DNA of 64,000 bases, taken from positions 46,234 to 110,233 of IMG/VR virus record IMGVR_UViG_3300042887_002597, one strand, 5' to 3'. Below are positions 19,597-28,953 of the stretch, one piece after another (position 1 is the stretch's first letter; each line of letters begins with the position of its first letter). The position numbers and the translations under genes are program-made. Below the pieces are notes generated by a model. The model was given only the letters and a program-made list of their open reading frames with translations, searched no databases and had not been told where the DNA came from. The stretch comes from a virus (Duplodnaviria; Heunggongvirae; Uroviricota; Caudoviricetes).

Positions 19597-20300
19597 TAGT
19601 AAATTATGTTTCGTGGAATAAATCCCATCTTATCGTAATCATTATACATCTTAACGTATTTCTCTTTAAGAGACTTGATCACCTTAGTTATGTGTTGAGT
19701 ATTTGCATTTGTCATCTCTCTAATGTAAATGTACAAAGCTTTCTTATTGAATATTTCCAAAGACTCTTTTTTACGAAACAACTCCATTACAGCATCTACT
19801 ACGATTTGATCATTCTTTTTAGGATACACCTTAGTTAGGTTTGTATCAAAGTATCCTATCATATCCTGGATGAAGTGATCGATTGGGGTTGGCTCTTCTT
19901 CTACAACTAATGCAGAACTATTACCATTTGCTCCTTCAAGTTGCTCACTATCTACTAACTTTTTAAAGTTCTTATTGTTATTTAGTATTAAGTAATTTTT
20001 AGCAACAATGCTGAAATAACTAAAAGCCTTTCCTTTGTCAGCTGTAAACTTAGGTAGCTTTTCTACTAAGAAGCTCACTACTTCGTGTTGTAAATCCTTA
20101 AGGGAAATACCATCAGTGTAGTAAAATTTAAAAGTGTGAATTATATTTTCAACAAGCTTTTCAAAGGCTGGTTTAATTTCTTGGCGGTAGATTCTATCTC
20201 TTTCGAGTTGATCCTCTGTGGCATTAAGCTGCTTAATACTAACATCTACTTCAGCTGTGAAGTAGTAGTTCTTAGTTTTCTTTTTCCTCGGTTTGGACAT
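19596..20300 (-). CDS. hypothetical protein
   Basis: 234-aa ORF, Lys-rich N-terminus. Confidence 0.65.
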   Translation of the reverse strand: MSKPRKKKTKNYYFTAEVDVSIKQLNATEDQLERDRIYRQEIKPAFEKLVENIIHTFKFYYTDGISLKDLQHEVVSFLVEKLPKFTADKGKAFSYFSIVAKNYLILNNNKNFKKLVDSEQLEGANGNSSALVVEEEPTPIDHFIQDMIGYFDTNLTKVYPKKNDQIVVDAVMELFRKKESLEIFNKKALYIYIREMTNANTQHITKVIKSLKEKYVKMYNDYDKMGFIPRNIIY

Positions 20301-20580
20301 AGCGCTTAATATATTCGTCTAACTCATCTACACATTCTTTCATGCTCTCAAAAGCAGCTCCTACCTCATCATCAGCCTTAAAGGAACCTCTATGATCGAT
20401 TACGTTCATAGTATTCACAGTGTCTTGAAACTTGCGATAGAGCGATGCTATAAAGCTATTGTATACAAAGAATCCATTCTCTGCATACTCAACTGCCTTT
20501 ACGTACTTACGATAGTTAGCAAAAGCCAACCAGCAAGCAGCAACCAAAAGCAGCGATAGTATTATTATTGTTATAACCAT
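20272..20580 (-). CDS. small membrane protein
   Basis: 102 aa with N-terminal hydrophobic helix MVITIIILSLLLVAACWLAF. Confidence 0.55.
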   Translation of the reverse strand: MVITIIILSLLLVAACWLAFANYRKYVKAVEYAENGFFVYNSFIASLYRKFQDTVNTMNVIDHRGSFKADDEVGAAFESMKECVDELDEYIKRYVQTEEKEN

Positions 20581-21341
20581 TAGAATAAGTCTTTAAATGC
20601 GTTAAGTAAGTCACTCTTCTGATCCTCAGATAAAGCTGTGGTATTTTCTATATTAGCAGTCTTCTTAGGCTTAATTGCTGTAGCTGTTAGCGGTGATTGT
20701 TGTGCAGCCCATTGCTGGTACTCAACACGAGCAGCTAACTGGTCTGCTTGATGTAGTATGTACGGAAGGTTTGTACGTAAGCGAGAGTTGACATCATAGC
20801 TGATGTAGTAGTGCTTATTGCTTTCGTCGTACATACCATCGTGCAACTTAATACCAAACCATTCGTTTTCGGATACTGAGATACCACGTTCAGCCAATAG
20901 GCGTAAGCTGCGATCAGGTACAGTCATAAAGGCATTAGCAGGATTCATTTTATAAATCTTACCTTGATTCTTTCTATGCCACTCAGAGTCGTTCATTACA
21001 TACATCTCAGCTTCTTCTGTACCAATCTTACCTAAGTCATGATTAAGCGCAGCAAATACCAACTCTTCTGTAGTAAAGCTATCGATTGCACCGTAACCAT
21101 CCCATAATTGTGCCACATCTAATGCAACATCTATTACTCGAATAACGTGATCAACATAACCGCCAGCAAAGCAGTTATGATAATGCTCATTACCACTTGC
21201 AGGCATGAGCATAATACGTTCAGCATGATCTTCATAAAGCTTCTTTAGCTTTTCCTTTCGCTCTCCAGAAATATAGAGATCGATGTACCCTACAAGCTTA
21301 AAGAAGTTGGCTTGTAGTTCCTCCGCAGTGAAGTTTTTCAT
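20580..21341 (-). CDS. HD-domain phosphohydrolase
   Basis: 253 aa. The LNHDLGK motif (the HD dyad) is preceded by His residues (HYHN, DHVIR) and followed by IKLHDGMYDE. Confidence 0.6.
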   Translation of the reverse strand: MKNFTAEELQANFFKLVGYIDLYISGERKEKLKKLYEDHAERIMLMPASGNEHYHNCFAGGYVDHVIRVIDVALDVAQLWDGYGAIDSFTTEELVFAALNHDLGKIGTEEAEMYVMNDSEWHRKNQGKIYKMNPANAFMTVPDRSLRLLAERGISVSENEWFGIKLHDGMYDESNKHYYISYDVNSRLRTNLPYILHQADQLAARVEYQQWAAQQSPLTATAIKPKKTANIENTTALSEDQKSDLLNAFKDLF

Positions 21342-21742
21342 AATTGTTTTTGTAACCTTTTAATTTGTGACTCAAGCTTTTTAGCATAAGTCTTTCTTGT
21401 TTCTTTCTTTAACGCAATCTTCAACTTTTGTAGCTCAGCCAACGCTTTTTGCTTCTCTTGTGCCTTCTGTGCCTTAGACTTTTTTATCTTAGGTTCAATA
21501 ACAGTAGGATCTAAAGTGCCTTTAAGCAATGGTTGCTCTACACCTTTGTGATAGACCGTGCCATCTGAATATACAAAAACTTTCATGAATTTCCAACCCT
21601 TTGGGAAACCCTTCTTTTTAGGTGCTTGGGAGTATGCTGGTGCTACAACTTCTCTGACGCAATCAAAGCACATCTTAACAACAGTGCCTACTGGTACGTT
21701 AGGTTGTAGTGCTCCACAATTTTGACACTCTACAACGCACAT
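21338..21742 (-). CDS. zinc-ribbon protein with Lys-rich coiled-coil tail
   Basis: 134 aa. N-term CQNC...CFDC four-Cys ribbon; C-term KKSKAQKAQEKQKALAELQK. Confidence 0.55.
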   Translation of the reverse strand: MCVVECQNCGALQPNVPVGTVVKMCFDCVREVVAPAYSQAPKKKGFPKGWKFMKVFVYSDGTVYHKGVEQPLLKGTLDPTVIEPKIKKSKAQKAQEKQKALAELQKLKIALKKETRKTYAKKLESQIKRLQKQL

Positions 21743-21743
21743 A

Positions 21744-21923
21744 ATTACTGCTCTAAATCGATATATTGTCTTAGTGATTCAATGAGCAATAAGCATTGGT
21801 ATAACTGCTGCTTTGCGTAGTCTGGCGTCATATGAGGCTTACCACTATCAATGTCATTGTGTAATAGGTCTAAAACCTGGTTTAATCTGGCTGCTTGATC
21901 TTCAATTGCTTGTTTGTTTCTCA
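21744..21923 (-). CDS. small hypothetical protein (59 aa)
   Basis: My own translation: MRNKQAIEDQAARLNQVLDLLHNDIDSGKPHMTPDYAKQQLYQCLLLIESLRQYIDLEQ. It fills an otherwise empty gap on the coding strand and falls below the ORF-track length cutoff. Confidence 0.45.
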
Positions 21924-21931
21924 TGTTATGT

Positions 21932-22348
21932 TTAATTTGGTGATACTGGTGGTATCGTAAAGTTTGTGTTAAATAATACGGTGTGTATCCCTACTTTGCG
22001 TATTACGTGTTTTGTTCTGTAGATTGGCACATCGCCGTTAACGTTGGTAGCTGCTTTTATAGCTGTATCAATTAATCGTTTACTGCGACAAGCTATCATT
22101 AAGAATCTATCATACTGGAGGTAGTATAACCGCTTACTGTTAGTATCTATATTATACAACTCATTAAAGAATCCCAGCGAATTTCCAACATGATAGTAAG
22201 CTTGTTGATTGAGATTCTTATCAAATGTATGCCTAAATTCATCGCCAAAAATAGGATGCTCGTTAACAAGCAGACGCTTAGCCTTGAGTATCTCAAAGGG
22301 TGCATCAGCCATAAACTTATTACCTACAAGGGCTTGAAAGCAACTCAT
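21932..22348 (-). CDS. hypothetical protein
   Basis: 138-aa ORF. Confidence 0.6.
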   Translation of the reverse strand: MSCFQALVGNKFMADAPFEILKAKRLLVNEHPIFGDEFRHTFDKNLNQQAYYHVGNSLGFFNELYNIDTNSKRLYYLQYDRFLMIACRSKRLIDTAIKAATNVNGDVPIYRTKHVIRKVGIHTVLFNTNFTIPPVSPN

Positions 22349-22530
22349 TTCTTTTCTTTTTTATTAGCTAACTGCTTGCCTAAACTATCGATGTAATCGA
22401 TAAGAAATTGTTGCTTAACAGATGCATGCTCCAGATCAGAGCGCAAGTCTTTTATTTCGTACGACAGCTTTAGTATAAAAATACTTGCTATTATCAATAA
22501 TATACTTAATCCAATTACTACACTAATCAT
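22345..22530 (-). CDS. small single-pass membrane protein
   Basis: 61 aa, MISVVIGLSILLIIASIFIL helix, 4-nt overlap with the downstream gene. Confidence 0.5.
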   Translation of the reverse strand: MISVVIGLSILLIIASIFILKLSYEIKDLRSDLEHASVKQQFLIDYIDSLGKQLANKKEKK

Positions 22531-22606
22531 ATAACTACTTTTTAAATTTACTACTTATTACTATTATATATAGAAGTTATACCTAAAAATTCAGAAAGTC
22601 AACAGT

Positions 22607-22780
22607 TAGTCGTTGTCTTCTCCAAAAATATCTCGGTTTTTCCACTTCTTTGCACTTTGACGTTCCTGCTTCTTCTTTTTATCCTCTACAACTTTGGTAC
22701 GAAACCTTCCATCATAGAAGCCAGCTTCCTTAGCATTTTCACGCTGCTTTGCCTTGGCCATATTAAACAACTTCTTATTC
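22607..22780 (-). CDS. small basic hypothetical protein (57 aa)
   Basis: My own translation: MNKKLFNMAKAKQRENAKEAGFYDGRFRTKVVEDKKKKQERQSAKKWKNRDIFGEDND. Lies in an intergenic gap. Confidence 0.35.
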
Positions 22781-22933
22781 ATAACTAATCACAAAATAAT
22801 AAACATACACTGATAAGGATGTATGTGAATATAAACACACCAACCTCTACGTCAGGCTCATACTTTTGCCTGAGCATTGCTTTCCCTATTAGACGGGATA
22901 TACACGTATAAAATATTGACTTGAGGACAAACA

Positions 22934-23350
22934 TCATAATAACTGGAGACATATGATTAATAACGCTAGAAATAAGCTTACACCGGACTTAGCCGTTATT
23001 CCCTCTCCCAGCAACACGCTCGTAAGGATAGTGAACACCACCATACCGATAGCAAACGCCATAAATCTACCAGGCCAAAGCTTACCATTCATACCGTCAT
23101 ACGCTAAGTTACTTGCCAGCATAAGCAGATAGCTAATAGGTACACCACCTAAACTAACAAGAAAAGGATGCTCTTTAACCCAAGGCCAAATAAATTGTCC
23201 GTTAATCTGTAGCCAAGCTAGTGTCTGGGCTGCAAAGAATGTTATTATCGATAGAATTATCAGCATCTTTATTGAGAAATTTTGCGTTTGGTTTGACGAT
23301 GGATCGAGCCATTGCAGCTTCTTGCCTATGTCTTTTCTTAACTTTATCAT
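22934..23350 (-). CDS. multi-pass membrane protein (holin/lysis-associated candidate)
   Basis: 138 aa with at least 3 hydrophobic helices. The true start may be the internal MLIILSII, because the 5' end overlaps the next ORF in another frame. Confidence 0.55.
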   Translation of the reverse strand: MIKLRKDIGKKLQWLDPSSNQTQNFSIKMLIILSIITFFAAQTLAWLQINGQFIWPWVKEHPFLVSLGGVPISYLLMLASNLAYDGMNGKLWPGRFMAFAIGMVVFTILTSVLLGEGITAKSGVSLFLALLIICLQLL

Positions 23351-23579
23351 TTAGTTCAGTTATCTGAATTACACGAGGAGCTTTCACTTTACCTCTGTGA
23401 ATATAATTAGTTCCCTTGTAGTAGGTTTTGCCTTCGTAAGGCTCACCTTGCACTCTTCTTGCTCCTTTAAAAGCGCGAAAGGTCTCGCAAGTTACGCGAG
23501 ACCATTCAATATTATCATAGGATATTTCTAAGCAGAGTTGTCTTGGGAAGTCGTATATGAGTTTATGACTTCGGCTCAT
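23202..23579 (-). CDS. hypothetical basic protein
   Basis: 125-aa ORF. The frame overlaps 22934..23350 by about 150 nt, so one of the two starts is probably annotated too long. Confidence 0.45.
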   Translation of the reverse strand: MSRSHKLIYDFPRQLCLEISYDNIEWSRVTCETFRAFKGARRVQGEPYEGKTYYKGTNYIHRGKVKAPRVIQITELNDKVKKRHRQEAAMARSIVKPNAKFLNKDADNSIDNNILCSPDTSLATD

Positions 23580-24114
23580 CGTATAATATGTGTTTTACAG
23601 TTCTACCTCTTCCATGAACATCGTCCATTCCATATCCCCACACCCACTCATCAGCTATTTCATATACAACTAACGTCTCTGTTACACGCGGATCTTGCAC
23701 ATATGGAGTGCTCTTTCGTTTAAGTAGAACCACAGGAGTAACTGCAGTTGCACCCAATGAAAAGCATGTCTTAACAAAGAAATCTATAGTGTTGCCACTA
23801 TCGAGTATGTCGTCAAAAATAAACACCGCTTTCCCTTGAATTAAGTCAGGCTTAGGCATTTTATATGCGTTTATCATTTGACGATTTTGTCCATCGTAAC
23901 TCGAAGCTCCTACATAATCTACGATAGGATCCCATGCAAAATTACGGGATAGGTCTGTAAAAAATGAAGTGACTCCTTGTAGGATTGGCAAGCAAACAGC
24001 GTCTTTATACTCTGGATTAGTACCGACTCTCTTGTTTATTTTCATGCCAAGATCGAAAAGATCTTTTTGGATTTGATCGTAACGGTGAAGTATTTTCATA
24101 ATATGAATATACAA
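23563..24114 (-). CDS. hpt: hypoxanthine-guanine phosphoribosyltransferase (purine salvage auxiliary metabolic gene)
   Basis: 183 aa. PRPP-binding motif VFIFDDILDSGNT and C-terminal EWVWGYGMD...RG, both typical of type I PRTases of the HGPRT class. Confidence 0.75.
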   Translation of the reverse strand: MYIHIMKILHRYDQIQKDLFDLGMKINKRVGTNPEYKDAVCLPILQGVTSFFTDLSRNFAWDPIVDYVGASSYDGQNRQMINAYKMPKPDLIQGKAVFIFDDILDSGNTIDFFVKTCFSLGATAVTPVVLLKRKSTPYVQDPRVTETLVVYEIADEWVWGYGMDDVHGRGRTVKHILYDEPKS

Positions 24115-24135
24115 CTCTTTTTTCGAAAAAGCAAC

Positions 24136-24591
24136 TTATTTTTTAATTAGATAGAATATGGCACCACCCAAAGCTAAATCGCCAATTCCAAGCCACATGG
24201 CAGTCTTTTTCCAACGAGCTTTGCGATTAATCTCATCACTCAATTCCTTTTTAGTGAGTTGATGCAATCCCCATTCCATCTCATACTTAGTCTTGTATTC
24301 ATTAGCTAAGCTGGTCATCTCTCCAAACTTAACATAAAGGGTGTCGTATGCCTTACGCTCTAGTATAGTCTGCCTATCGCAGTTGATCTGATAGTCAAGT
24401 AGGCGTGCATTTTCTTTTTTAAGTCCCTCGCTTTGTTTTAGGAGTTGTAGTAGAGCCACTTCTTGAGTGCGCACAAAGAACACACCAGTATCACCGTTGT
24501 ATACTATACGCTTAGGGGATAGGGATGGCTGACCAAGCGCTATCAAGCTGCTCAGTACTAAAGTTGCTAATATTGCTAACGTCTTGTGCAT
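24136..24591 (-). CDS. secreted/membrane-anchored coiled-coil protein
   Basis: 151 aa. N-terminal signal peptide MHKTLAILATLVLSSLIALG, central coiled coil, C-terminal TM AMWLGIGDLALGGAIFYLI. Confidence 0.55.
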   Translation of the reverse strand: MHKTLAILATLVLSSLIALGQPSLSPKRIVYNGDTGVFFVRTQEVALLQLLKQSEGLKKENARLLDYQINCDRQTILERKAYDTLYVKFGEMTSLANEYKTKYEMEWGLHQLTKKELSDEINRKARWKKTAMWLGIGDLALGGAIFYLIKK

Positions 24592-24844
24592 TTTGTATTC
24601 TTATTGTTACTATGTCTGTTTTTATATTCGCCTGTGCGCTATCGTAGTCGTGTCGTGCATCTAGTAATTGAGCGTTAAGTTGCTCTACAACACATTGCAA
24701 GCTATCGATACGATTGTCCACTGGTGGCGCTGGTATAGGCCTGTTTATATGCCTATGTTGTGCATAGATTACTACTAATAAGATTAGCACTATAACCCAA
24801 GGCAGTGCATACATTCGGTATTTCTTAAAAAAAGTTTGCATCAT
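24512..24844 (-). CDS. small membrane protein
   Basis: 110 aa, N-terminal TM ALPWVIVLILLVVIYA; overlaps the downstream gene. Confidence 0.45.
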   Translation of the reverse strand: MMQTFFKKYRMYALPWVIVLILLVVIYAQHRHINRPIPAPPVDNRIDSLQCVVEQLNAQLLDARHDYDSAQANIKTDIVTIRIQNAQDVSNISNFSTEQLDSAWSAIPIP

Positions 24845-24858
24845 TTTATATAAATATG

Positions 24859-25515
24859 TTAACTGTTGCTCTTTTCTGATGCATACTTAACCCCCATAAT
24901 AGTACCTACTATACTAAACGAGTTGGTTAGCAATATACCAAACATGTTTGACCATGCTGAGCTTATTATTGTAGTGTCATAGTTCATGACCATAGCAAAG
25001 ACAAACATACCAGTGGTAGCAACACCGACGCCTAAGATAATATATAATGCTACCCTAACGATGTTGTTTATCAACTCAAACTGAGTCTTTTTCTGCATTA
25101 GATCCAAATCATTTTCGGCAACTAACTTAGCATTCTCAGCAACCCTTAACGCTTCACGCAAATCTATATCCATCTTCTCATTCTCTTCCTTCCATTCCAA
25201 CAACTCTTTATTCTGACACTCAATTTGTGCTTTAGAAGTCTCCATATCAGCTAAGGAAGCTTGCAGCTCTTGCATTAGCTTCTCATTCTGCTCTTGAGCT
25301 TCTGTAAGTTCTGTGTTTTGTGTTTGTATACGCTTAGTGATTTCCAAACGCTTACGTCTACTCTCCTTATCTCTATCAGCACATATCTTGAGATACTCAG
25401 CAAACTCAGTATCATCCTCAGGATCAATTAGCTTAAGGATATTGCCCTCAAGGCATATATTCTTTGTCTTGTATACGTTTAGTAACTGTTCTTTTGTAAC
25501 CTTTCCTACTATCAT
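24859..25515 (-). CDS. coiled-coil protein with C-terminal double TM
   Basis: 218 aa. Long Glu/Lys coiled coil, then two hydrophobic helices at the C-terminus. Confidence 0.55.
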   Translation of the reverse strand: MIVGKVTKEQLLNVYKTKNICLEGNILKLIDPEDDTEFAEYLKICADRDKESRRKRLEITKRIQTQNTELTEAQEQNEKLMQELQASLADMETSKAQIECQNKELLEWKEENEKMDIDLREALRVAENAKLVAENDLDLMQKKTQFELINNIVRVALYIILGVGVATTGMFVFAMVMNYDTTIISSAWSNMFGILLTNSFSIVGTIMGVKYASEKSNS

Positions 25516-25967
25516 TATCTATACACTTTAAACGATGCTGTTCTAGATTCGTATGCTGAGTAGTCTTTTCTAAACTCCTCGAGTCGCGGTTCAATATCGT
25601 CAGACTTTATGATCCAGAACTGCGCTCCGGCCTGTACCGCCTTAGCCTGCTCTTCTGCTTCGTTGCTTGAAGATATGATTCCAATCACTACATGATTACC
25701 ATACATAAAGTTAATTCGTCGAATCAACTCTATACCGTCAAATGACGATCCTATAATGTTCAAATCAACGAATACACACTTTGGTTTATCAGCAATATCG
25801 CCAGTCTCAAACCATCTTTTAAACCTCTTTTCTGCTTCATCAGCGCTGTTAATTGCCTCTAAAGACAGTGTTATGTCTAATAAGCTACAAGCATCTTCAA
25901 ACACTAAGTGAAACAAATCTTCATCGTCTACTAGCAATATAGACTCAATCATATTTAGGTCAATCAT
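25515..25967 (-). CDS. stand-alone response regulator receiver (CheY-like) domain protein
   Basis: 150 aa. N-term acidic pair LLVDDEDL, putative phospho-acceptor Asp in VFVDLNI, conserved S/T in IGIISSS and Lys in WIIKSD. No output domain. Confidence 0.65.
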   Translation of the reverse strand: MIDLNMIESILLVDDEDLFHLVFEDACSLLDITLSLEAINSADEAEKRFKRWFETGDIADKPKCVFVDLNIIGSSFDGIELIRRINFMYGNHVVIGIISSSNEAEEQAKAVQAGAQFWIIKSDDIEPRLEEFRKDYSAYESRTASFKVYR

Positions 25968-27270
25968 TTTTAATTTTAATTTTCATTTTAGTTCCTATAC
26001 TACTTCTTTCGCAACTTAATTTAAAACCGTGCTCCTCTAATATAGCAACGCATATATTCAAACCAAGACCTTTCTCGTCTTCTGTGATATTAGCCTTCTT
26101 TGAATATTTTGCTAAATGCTTTTCAAATTGTTTTTGTGTAAATCCTCGACCATTGTCCTCGACCACAATGCAATCCTCTTGCTTATATATACTAACCTTT
26201 TTAGTTTCGCTATCATTATAAGTTAATCCATTTTTAATTAAATTTTCAATAGCATTACAAAATAGCGTTTCATTTACATCTAACTCACCTAAGTCCTCTA
26301 TTTCTACTTGAGAGCTGTAGGAGTTTGGTGCTATATAACTGTGGATTAGGTTCTTTAGGTCTACCTTCACTTTATTTAAAACAACGTCTTGTTTTACGAG
26401 ATTGGTAAATTCGTATACGCTTTTATATACTCTTTGGGTATGATTTAAGCCTTCCTTAACCATTTTTAATGGACCTTCGATCTTTAGTCTTTGAATATCC
26501 TCAACAGTCAATCTCTTCTCTAGAGAATTTATACCTCTAGGCATGTACGTGTTAATACCTGAGTGCATGTCGTGACGAATGATTCTAGCAGCGTGTTCTA
26601 AGTAGCTATTCTTCTTAGCTATATCATTTAACTGCTCTTCAATCTCCACATCTTGTATTTGTATTCTTCTTCTCTGCAATACTACTGCTAATACTAAACC
26701 AAACAACAACACAACCCCAATAGCCCAGTAGAGGTATCTCTTTAACACCTCTTTTTGTTTTTCTAAATCTGTTTTTTCGACTATTAAATCATCAGTTTCT
26801 AAAGTTAAACCAATGATGTTCTTTTCTTTTCCTAAGGCGTTAATTGTATTTTCTTTTGATTTAATTAATTCATCATTTCTAATTGCTTGTGCTAATAACG
26901 AATCTCGCTCAGCTGTTAATTTATTAAGTTTATTATCAATTTGAGCTAATACATTTTTTAAATCTTCTTTTGGTAAATCAGTATATGATTTAGGTAAATC
27001 TGTTAAGAATTGAACATCTTGGGCGATATTAGCTAAATCAGCCTCTGACAATTGTGTCATATCAACTGGTTCTGGCTCTGGTTCTGGCTCAATCCAAGTA
27101 GTGACAATTTCTTGTATGTCCATTGCTGCGACTTGAGTGGTATCAGCATCAGCTCTCCAAGAAGCATCAATTCCATTAACTAAGGTGTCACTGTAATCTA
27201 CATCTTGTGAATATAAGTTAGTAGATGCAAATAGGATTGCAAATAGTAGTAGTGTGCGTCTCATTATCAT
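25960..27270 (-). CDS. membrane-anchored sensor histidine kinase
   Basis: 436 aa. Signal peptide, extracytoplasmic acidic/coiled-coil region, TM (YWAIGVVLLFGLVLAVVL), then H-box-like RIIRHDMHSGINTY and HATPase_c N/G1/G2 boxes (NLIKNGLTYND, DNGRGF, GLGLNICVAILEEHGF). The C-terminal half is paralogous to 27872..28951. Confidence 0.7.
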   Translation of the reverse strand: MIMRRTLLLFAILFASTNLYSQDVDYSDTLVNGIDASWRADADTTQVAAMDIQEIVTTWIEPEPEPEPVDMTQLSEADLANIAQDVQFLTDLPKSYTDLPKEDLKNVLAQIDNKLNKLTAERDSLLAQAIRNDELIKSKENTINALGKEKNIIGLTLETDDLIVEKTDLEKQKEVLKRYLYWAIGVVLLFGLVLAVVLQRRRIQIQDVEIEEQLNDIAKKNSYLEHAARIIRHDMHSGINTYMPRGINSLEKRLTVEDIQRLKIEGPLKMVKEGLNHTQRVYKSVYEFTNLVKQDVVLNKVKVDLKNLIHSYIAPNSYSSQVEIEDLGELDVNETLFCNAIENLIKNGLTYNDSETKKVSIYKQEDCIVVEDNGRGFTQKQFEKHLAKYSKKANITEDEKGLGLNICVAILEEHGFKLSCERSSIGTKMKIKIKND

Positions 27271-27875
27271 TTTGATTCTTCTAGTAAACTTTTATTTTTC
27301 CAAATCCAATTTTCACGACTGCGAAGAAATCCTTCGAAGTTTATAAATTTCAAAGTACTAAAGTAACTAACAGGTGAAGGAAACTTCTTATCATGTTCTT
27401 CTCTGAGCTTCACATACTCTGTATATTCTTGCTTAGTCATCTTCTCAAATACAAACACACTACCATCCTCATAACTATACAGATTGTAATCGTCTAGATT
27501 TACAAAATACACTTTATTGTAAGGAGGTAGCATATATAGAAAGCTACCATGCATAGCCATTTCACGAATAGTCAAATTCAATTCATCTGCCCACTTATAG
27601 GTAGTATCAGCAACATATTGGATACTATCAAGGACCCTAGAATTCCCAGCAGCCATCTTTAAGCTATCAACAACCTTATTCAACAATGCAATCTTTCTAG
27701 TTTGTTCTCGAATAATTCTTTTTTGCGTTTCGATAGCTTTATTGATATCAATTGATTGCTTAATAGACAAGATAACAACAGAATCCCCCTTATAGATTGT
27801 CTGAATTGGGTACTTAGTCTGACTAAGCCCAAACACAGATGTTAATAAAAAACCTAATAATATTAGTGTTCTCAT
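27267..27875 (-). CDS. secreted protein of unknown function (within the two-component cluster)
   Basis: 202 aa with signal peptide MRTLILLGFLLTSVFGLSQ. Translationally coupled on both sides to the kinases. Confidence 0.6.
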   Translation of the reverse strand: MRTLILLGFLLTSVFGLSQTKYPIQTIYKGDSVVILSIKQSIDINKAIETQKRIIREQTRKIALLNKVVDSLKMAAGNSRVLDSIQYVADTTYKWADELNLTIREMAMHGSFLYMLPPYNKVYFVNLDDYNLYSYEDGSVFVFEKMTKQEYTEYVKLREEHDKKFPSPVSYFSTLKFINFEGFLRSRENWIWKNKSLLEESK

Positions 27876-28951
27876 TTTATTTTGATTTTCATTTTAGTTC
27901 CTACGTCATTTTTTTCGCAACTAATATGAAACCCATGCTCCTGCAGTATAGCAACGCATATATTTAAACCTAACCCAGAACCAGACTCTTTCTGACCTTC
28001 CTTTCGTGTATACGGCTTAGAGAGGTGCTCAAAATCTTGTTGAGTCAATCCTCTACCATTATCTTGGATAACAAGCGTATCACTATCCTCTATATAGATG
28101 GTTACCATCTTAGTATCCGAATCATTATATTTTAAACCATTACGAATTAGATTATCAATAGCTGTACAGAATAGCGCTTCGTTAACATCTACAGTAGGTA
28201 GGTCTTTAATTACCACTTGACTTTTGTATGAGGTTGAGGCTAGGTAGGATTCCAGTATATGCTTTAGATCGCATAACTCCTTTTCTAGCACAACATCTTT
28301 CTTAACTAAATTAGTGAATTCATAAACGCCTTTATAGACTTTTTGAGCGTGTGATAATCCTTCTTTGATCATTTTAAGAGGAGCTTCTATCTTTAATTTC
28401 TGGATATCCTCCGACTTAAGTCTTCTCTCTAACGAACTAATACCTCTTGGTATGTATGTGTTAATACCCGAATGCATGTCATGTCTAAGGATTTTAGCTG
28501 CATGCTCTAGGTACATATTCTTTCGATTCAGCTCCATAGACTGCTTCATCAATGCAGTAACATCTTGTCTAATGGATGAAAATCCCTTCAACTTTCCACA
28601 CTTATCAAAACGAGCTCTAATGTAGGTATCTACCCAATAATAGTCACCCTCTTTAGTTTTATTGCAGACAATGTCATTCCATATCTCACCCCTCAACACC
28701 GTCTCATACATATTACCCCAATAGCCATCAGGTTGCGTTCCAGAGTTAACTATGGAGTGATCCTTACCCCTAACCTCATCCAACGTCCATCCAGAAACCC
28801 TCTCAAACTTATCGTTAACATAAACTATCTTACCATATTCGTCGGTTATAGAGATAATAGCCGCCTTATCGATAAACTTATCAGCTTCGTTTAGTTCAGA
28901 ACTAAATAAAGCTCTATAAAAAGAAGAGACTATGTTCTTTAGGTAGTTCAT
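27872..28951 (-). CDS. cytoplasmic PAS-domain sensor histidine kinase
   Basis: 359 aa. N-terminal PAS-like region (ITDEYGKIVYVNDKFERVSGWTLDEVRGKDHSIV), H-box KILRHDMHSGINTYIPRG, HATPase_c boxes NLIRNGLKYND / DNGRGL / GSGLGLNICVAILQEHGF. Confidence 0.7.
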   Translation of the reverse strand: MNYLKNIVSSFYRALFSSELNEADKFIDKAAIISITDEYGKIVYVNDKFERVSGWTLDEVRGKDHSIVNSGTQPDGYWGNMYETVLRGEIWNDIVCNKTKEGDYYWVDTYIRARFDKCGKLKGFSSIRQDVTALMKQSMELNRKNMYLEHAAKILRHDMHSGINTYIPRGISSLERRLKSEDIQKLKIEAPLKMIKEGLSHAQKVYKGVYEFTNLVKKDVVLEKELCDLKHILESYLASTSYKSQVVIKDLPTVDVNEALFCTAIDNLIRNGLKYNDSDTKMVTIYIEDSDTLVIQDNGRGLTQQDFEHLSKPYTRKEGQKESGSGLGLNICVAILQEHGFHISCEKNDVGTKMKIKIK

Positions 28952-28953
28952 TG

